A stretch of DNA of 64,000 nucleotides from the human T2T-CHM13v2.0 reference genome, Homo sapiens. The notes under the pieces are model-generated. The model had not been told where the DNA came from, did no database searches, and was given only the letters and a program-made list of their open reading frames with translations. The stretch's first letter is position 1; each line of letters begins with the position of its first letter. The stretch lies in NCBI RefSeq assembly GCF_009914755.1, contig NC_060926.1. The stretch is one strand, 5' to 3'. The position numbers and the translations under genes are program-made. Below are positions 61,030 to 64,000 of this stretch, in pieces.

Positions 61030-61430
61030 GATATGTTTCTTCTTCTCCCTGGACACAGAGCCAGGTTATGTTGTTAGACTCTATTGAAGTCAACTGTAAA
61101 TATGTGACTCAGTTGTAAGCAGGAATGAGAACAAAAACGATATGTGCAGCACCAGGGTGAGGCCATAACCTCCCACCACCGCCGCCCCCTGTTCCTTTTC
61201 TCTTAACTGACTTGATGCAGATGAGCTTGTTAATCTTGTAAGTCATGAATTGAAAATGGCAGAACCACGTGATTGAAGAAGACTGGGTTCTTTAATTACC
61301 TTGTATAGGAGAGTTGCCTTACCATGCAGGGATACCTGTTTGAGGCTTCCCATGAGCAATAAATGAACTGCTGTGTTAAGCAAGTGAAATTTCAGGAATT
61401 TATCTTGCACAATATTTACCTTAGTGTGAT
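61030..61430 (+). mobile_element. Highly diverged MaLR/ERVL LTR (MLT1J/K-like)
   Basis: ATGGCAGAACCAC...GACTGGGTTC...AATAAA...TGTGTTAAGC; weak match. Confidence 0.4.
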
Positions 61431-61989
61431 CTTATGTAATAGCTGCAGAGGGGACTTGGACAGAAGAAAACCTTAGTGGGGAAGGGAATTAGGACGAAAT
61501 GGTGTGTAGCACAGCATGAGAAAGAAGCAACAGCAAAAAAGCAAAAGACATATGTTTAGAGTTCCAGGTAGTCTGACTGTACAATTAGACAGCTGTAGAG
61601 AATAATGAAAGACACTAATAGTATGAAGTCTATTGGGGTCATATTTTGGAAGGGTTCAAGGATAAGCTGAAGCCTTTGACTTAATTTTGGACATAATAAA
61701 AGGAAATAAGCTCGTAAGCAAAAAACAAAACAAAACAAAACACAATTTGAATTGTAGTATAAGCCCATTAATTTAACAGCTAGGAAAAATATGGTTTGGA
61801 AGCAGGGAGTAACAAAATCTTCGGAATAACACCTACAGAGTAGAGCCGTATAATGTGAATATACCAGGGAAAGAATAATGGCATTGCATAGTTGAGATTT
61901 ATAAACTTGGCAGTTGATTAGATGTGATGGTACAGGAGAAGTAACAACAATGTCAATAATTCTATACTCTGATCCTCATTTTTTTTACT

Positions 61990-62200
61990 ATAAACTAGGC
62001 ACTATGCTAACCATTTTATGAGGGCTATCTCCCTTAATCTTTACAACACTGTAAAACAAGTACTATGATTGTCCCTATTTCCAAGAAAGAATATAATTTG
62101 AGAGATTTCATATATAAGCAAAGGTCATACTCCCTGTAATGGAACAACCAGATTTGAAACCAAAAATGTAATGTTAGACCCTTGATTTTTAACAGCCATC
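61990..62200 (-). mobile_element. MIR
   Basis: AGGCACTATGCTAA...TTAATCTTTACAACAC...AAGGTCATAC...GATTTGAAACC. Confidence 0.7.
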
Positions 62201-63654
62201 ATCTCAAATCCAGGTTTTGAGAAGGATAGTAAACAATGTAAAGATACATGGAGAAAAGAGGGCAAATTCAACTGATATCTCTTTGCTTCAGTAAATTTTT
62301 AGACTGATATAATTTCAAACTTATACAAAAGTTTCAATAGTACAAGGAACTCCAATATACCCTTTGCCCAAATTCACCAGTTTTTTATACCCCCCCAACG
62401 CACATTCCATAAAATGACTTTTAAAAATTTGTTAATAGTAGAGTGAAATGGCTCTACTATATTTACATATTGACTCCAGAAGCCAGTTGGAATTTTCAAC
62501 TTGTGACTGACCTTTCAGAAAGAGTTCAGGGCTGGATGTAATTGTATGGAATGAATTGTATGGACAGAGATTGGTAAAATCAATAAAATCAATCAGAGCC
62601 TTAAGTGAGAGGATAAAAAAGGACAATTCATTAGAAATGGGATAATCCTGTGTAATAGATGTCCAGAGAGGAGAAAATTTCAGAGGTATAGTTGTAAGAT
62701 CAAAAGTTTCAGAAAGATTAAGAGATCTGGAGAAAGGTTGGATTTAATATTTAGAAGGTTTTCAGTGACCTTCAGCCCAACATTTGTGGGTAGCATACTG
62801 AAAAAGAAACCTAAATTCCAAAGGGTAAGGAGAACAATTAGTCAAGAAAATAAAAATAAATGTAAGAAAAAAATTGCTCATGTGTTAATAATTAACACAT
62901 TTTACTTTATCTTCGCTTTTTTGCTATTTATACACTTTGTTTAATTTACTATGCTTCTGAGTCAACTGTTTAAAAAAAATACAGTGGTGTAGCCAAGCAG
63001 AAAGTTAGAGGATGGAGTGTAAAGTGGTAGCCTATCTAGTGATTGTTCATTCCATCTTCTCAGGGCCAGGTTGAAGGAAAAGGGGAAGCTGCTTCTTTCT
63101 GGAAGAACACAGAAATCTGTGATGCCCCACATACCCTCACGATGGTGGTGCAAAAGCTGCCAATTGAGCAAATTGTACCATGAGTATGTTCACCCCTGCT
63201 GAATTAGGTAGAATGGGGTTTGGCTCAGATACTTTACTACTTAGATACTAAAATAAATAACGGTACTTTAAATGTGAGATATTTTCTGGATATTTGAAAA
63301 ACACATGTAAACATGTGTGGGTGTATGTCATAAATATATATGGATGGGTGTTCATACTTCACCTTGTATTGTGCATGACTCAGGTTTAGAGAAATGTTGT
63401 GTTTCTACTTCTTTACTCAAAGTCAGTGAGCCTATTCTATGACTTAGATGAACAAATTCAATTTAATTGGAGGAATTTTATAATTTCAGTGGGCAAGTTT
63501 AATTTCCCTTATAAATATATTTACCTGTATTTTGATTACTACAAAGGTAGTGGAGGAAATATTTGTATGTAATTCCTAGCTTTGTTGTGAGGTTAAAGAC
63601 ATCACATTTTGGAACAGTGTCTTCTGTCACTCCCACTTCATGGAAATCTTGTTT

Positions 63655-63981
63655 CTTTTTGTTTGTTTGTTTTTGTTTTTGATTTTTTGTTTTTAGCCTG
63701 TTTCACTTTTGTCTCCCAGACTGGAGTAGTGCAGTGGCACGATGTCAGCTCACCACAACATCTGCCTCCCAGGCTCAAGCGATTCTCCTGCCTCAGCATC
63801 CCGAGTACCTGGGATTATAGGCACGCATCACTACTGCCAGGCTAATTTTTGTATTTTTTTTTAGTAGAGATGGAATTTCATCATGTTGGCCAGGCTGATC
63901 TTGAACTCCTGACTTCAAGTGGTCTGCTCGCCTCAGCCTCCCAGAGTGCTGGGATTACAGGCGTGAGCCACCGCACCCAGC
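63655..63981 (-). mobile_element. Alu (AluJb/old S-like)
   Basis: Full minus-strand Alu with a (GTTT)n tail; degenerate TSD AAATCTTGTT / AAACCTTGTT. Confidence 0.93.
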
Positions 63982-64000
63982 AAAAACCTTGTTCTTTCTA

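Overview
This is AT-rich, CpG-poor primate (very likely human) genomic DNA that looks intergenic or deep-intronic. I can support no host exon, RNA gene or CRISPR array. Most long ORFs in the supplied track fall inside interspersed repeats, and the rest look like chance frames. Main elements: a full-length but inactivated L1PA7-like LINE-1 (6580-13060, +), a HERV-K(HML-2) LTR5B-like solo LTR with a perfect 6-bp TSD, an LTR1-family solo LTR carrying an Alu, a MER41B LTR nested in an MLT1, a fragmented ~8-kb old L1MC-like element, 11 Alus, 2 FLAMs, several MLT1/MLT2 LTRs, MER8 and MIRs. I found no convincing new biological system. The best leads are an open ORF0-homologous antisense frame and a 28-bp templated insertion in the L1, an intact STAT1 GAS site in MER41B, a 5'-inverted L1MA, a CCAAT/CRE cluster in unique DNA, and several short duplication or repair scars. 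Subfamily names come from remembered consensus sequences and need Dfam/RepeatMasker confirmation.
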